DNA of 64,000 bases from Felis catus (Eukaryota): positions 13,766,001-13,830,000 of the forward strand of contig NC_058383.1 in the NCBI RefSeq assembly GCF_018350175.1. Direction: 5' to 3'. Below are positions 62,367 to 64,000 of this stretch, piece after piece. A program made the translations under genes and the position numbers. The notes beneath the pieces are model-generated. The model was not told the DNA's origin. It saw only the letters and a program-made list of their open reading frames with translations, and made no database searches. How positions within the stretch are numbered: the stretch's first letter is position 1; every line of letters begins with the position of its first letter.

Positions 62367-64000
62367 AAGTTTTAGCTGGTAAATCATAAATTTGGCCAAG
62401 GTCTTTGCTCACATATTAAAATCTGGTTTGGGTTCTGAAATAATTGATCTACACTGGAAAGACTATTGAGTCCATATTCTTGCTACCTGCTTCTTATTAG
62501 GGAACCCACTTTGTGAGATTTGTCCTCCTTAGATCTGGTTCAGAGGCTGAAGGCCTAAGAAGCCATGAGTGGTTAGTATGTTAAAACTTCTGAATGTAAC
62601 AGAAACAGTGGCTGCCAGCCTTTGACTTTGTAATCTTCAGGTGAAAATTACAATAAAGGGAAACTAAGTTTCTCAAGGGAAAACCACCACAGTGAATCTT
62701 GATTCTTGAAAGTCAAGTCTCTGACCAGGATCCAGTCACCTGGGGTGATTATCCATCATTCTTTCCCTCCTCTCTCCCTTCCTTTGCTTTCCTTTGCTTT
62801 CCTTTGCTTTCTTTTTTTCTTTCTTCATACTTCTGATGCTTCTATACCTCTTCCTTTCCAATTTTGACACTGATTCCCTCCCTTTCAGAAAGGAGGGGGA
62901 ACAAAACCTGTAAACGAATCAAGACGAACTCATTCAAGTGTCTGGGGGGAGTTGGAGGAAGGGAGCCCACCAAGTGGCGGTGGTGGGCCTCACGGGGCAA
63001 AAGCCACACAGGCTGGCACAGGGGACCGAATAGGGACACAGAGCGCAGAGGCCAGTTCTGTGGGTCCTCCAGAAGCTTGGCTGCTGGTGTTTCCACATTC
63101 CTCCTGGTTACAGATCATCAAAATACGGGGACAGATGCAGATTATCCCAGGCTGCTCTGAGATCTAGTCCCTGATAATCAGAGATGACAATCTAATGCAA
63201 GGCCTGGTAAAGTGTCGGGAATGCTGTCTGATGAAAGCAGTGCAGAGGGCTAAGTGGTTGTTTTCGTTGGTCAGCTAAGTTCCCTGTGCTTTCCTGCATC
63301 TCAGTTTACCCTGTGGGGGACCTGGCAGGAGCTCTGGCAATTTCTTCCCCGTAATATTGATTTTATTAGAGCAACAAGACAAGAAAACCGTCCCGTTCTG
63401 ATTGTTCCAAAAGAAACAACATTTTAATGTCTTTTCTTGAAAATTTAATGTTTGCCTTTGAGCTATCTCTCTTACTGCAGAGACAGCTTCAGAATGAAGG
63501 CCCCTAGCCTGAGGGCCTCAGCTGGGTTTTGTGACATCTTATAAGCAATTGGAAAATCCAACTGCCAACTTCTGCTTTCTGTGAGGCACCTTTCCTTCTG
63601 ACTGCTTTGGGGTAGAGGTAGAGAAAATGGCTATTACCTATCTTTTAAAAAAAAAAAAAAAGTCTTTAGAAATACCACATAGTGCTGCCAGTTTTCGGGA
63701 AGGTGGTGAGGCTAGAGAGAAAAGAGACCCTCTTATTTCCAAAATTCCTCATATGTGAAAGTTAAAGGGGAAAAAAAGTACGCCATACAGCAAGCACCCC
63801 CCCATTTTACCCTTGAGAGGTTTTTCAGGAGTGCCATGAAATCCAACAGTGATGGATGTTGAACTTCAAAGAGGTGAGGAAGGGACATTATTGCTTTAAG
63901 CCAGTCTCCGTGGCATTTGTATGTGATATACGTCTCTCCCAAGCCCTGTTCCCTCCTCTCTTCTCTGCTGCAATCCAGGTAACAGTGGCACCAGCAGGGA

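Overview
Mammalian (felid, probably Felis-lineage) non-coding genomic DNA. Taxon evidence is the many carnivore tRNA-derived Can-SINEs, including near-identical young SINEC_Fc-type copies with intact target-site duplications (TSDs). I could not support any protein-coding exon: the supplied ORFs are explained by SINEs, microsatellites or GC-rich sequence. The window holds about 18 Can-SINEs, old MIR/L2/L1/MLT1/MER fossils, a 3'-truncated 5S rRNA retropseudogene, microsatellites including a ~630 bp complex (GGAT)n, two CpG-island-like blocks (~5.7-7.4 kb, ~21-22 kb) and several repeat-free, AT-rich, homeodomain-motif-dense blocks resembling developmental enhancers. This fits a large intron or gene desert of a regulatory locus, which I cannot name. 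Most notable: a nested cluster of 8-10 bp inverted repeats at ~58.8-59.3 kb (candidate structured RNA), a 54 bp non-tandem duplication with microhomology, repeated re-use of identical SINE target sites, and the tailless 5S insertion. No novel system is established. Repeat family names are by recognition only, not by search.
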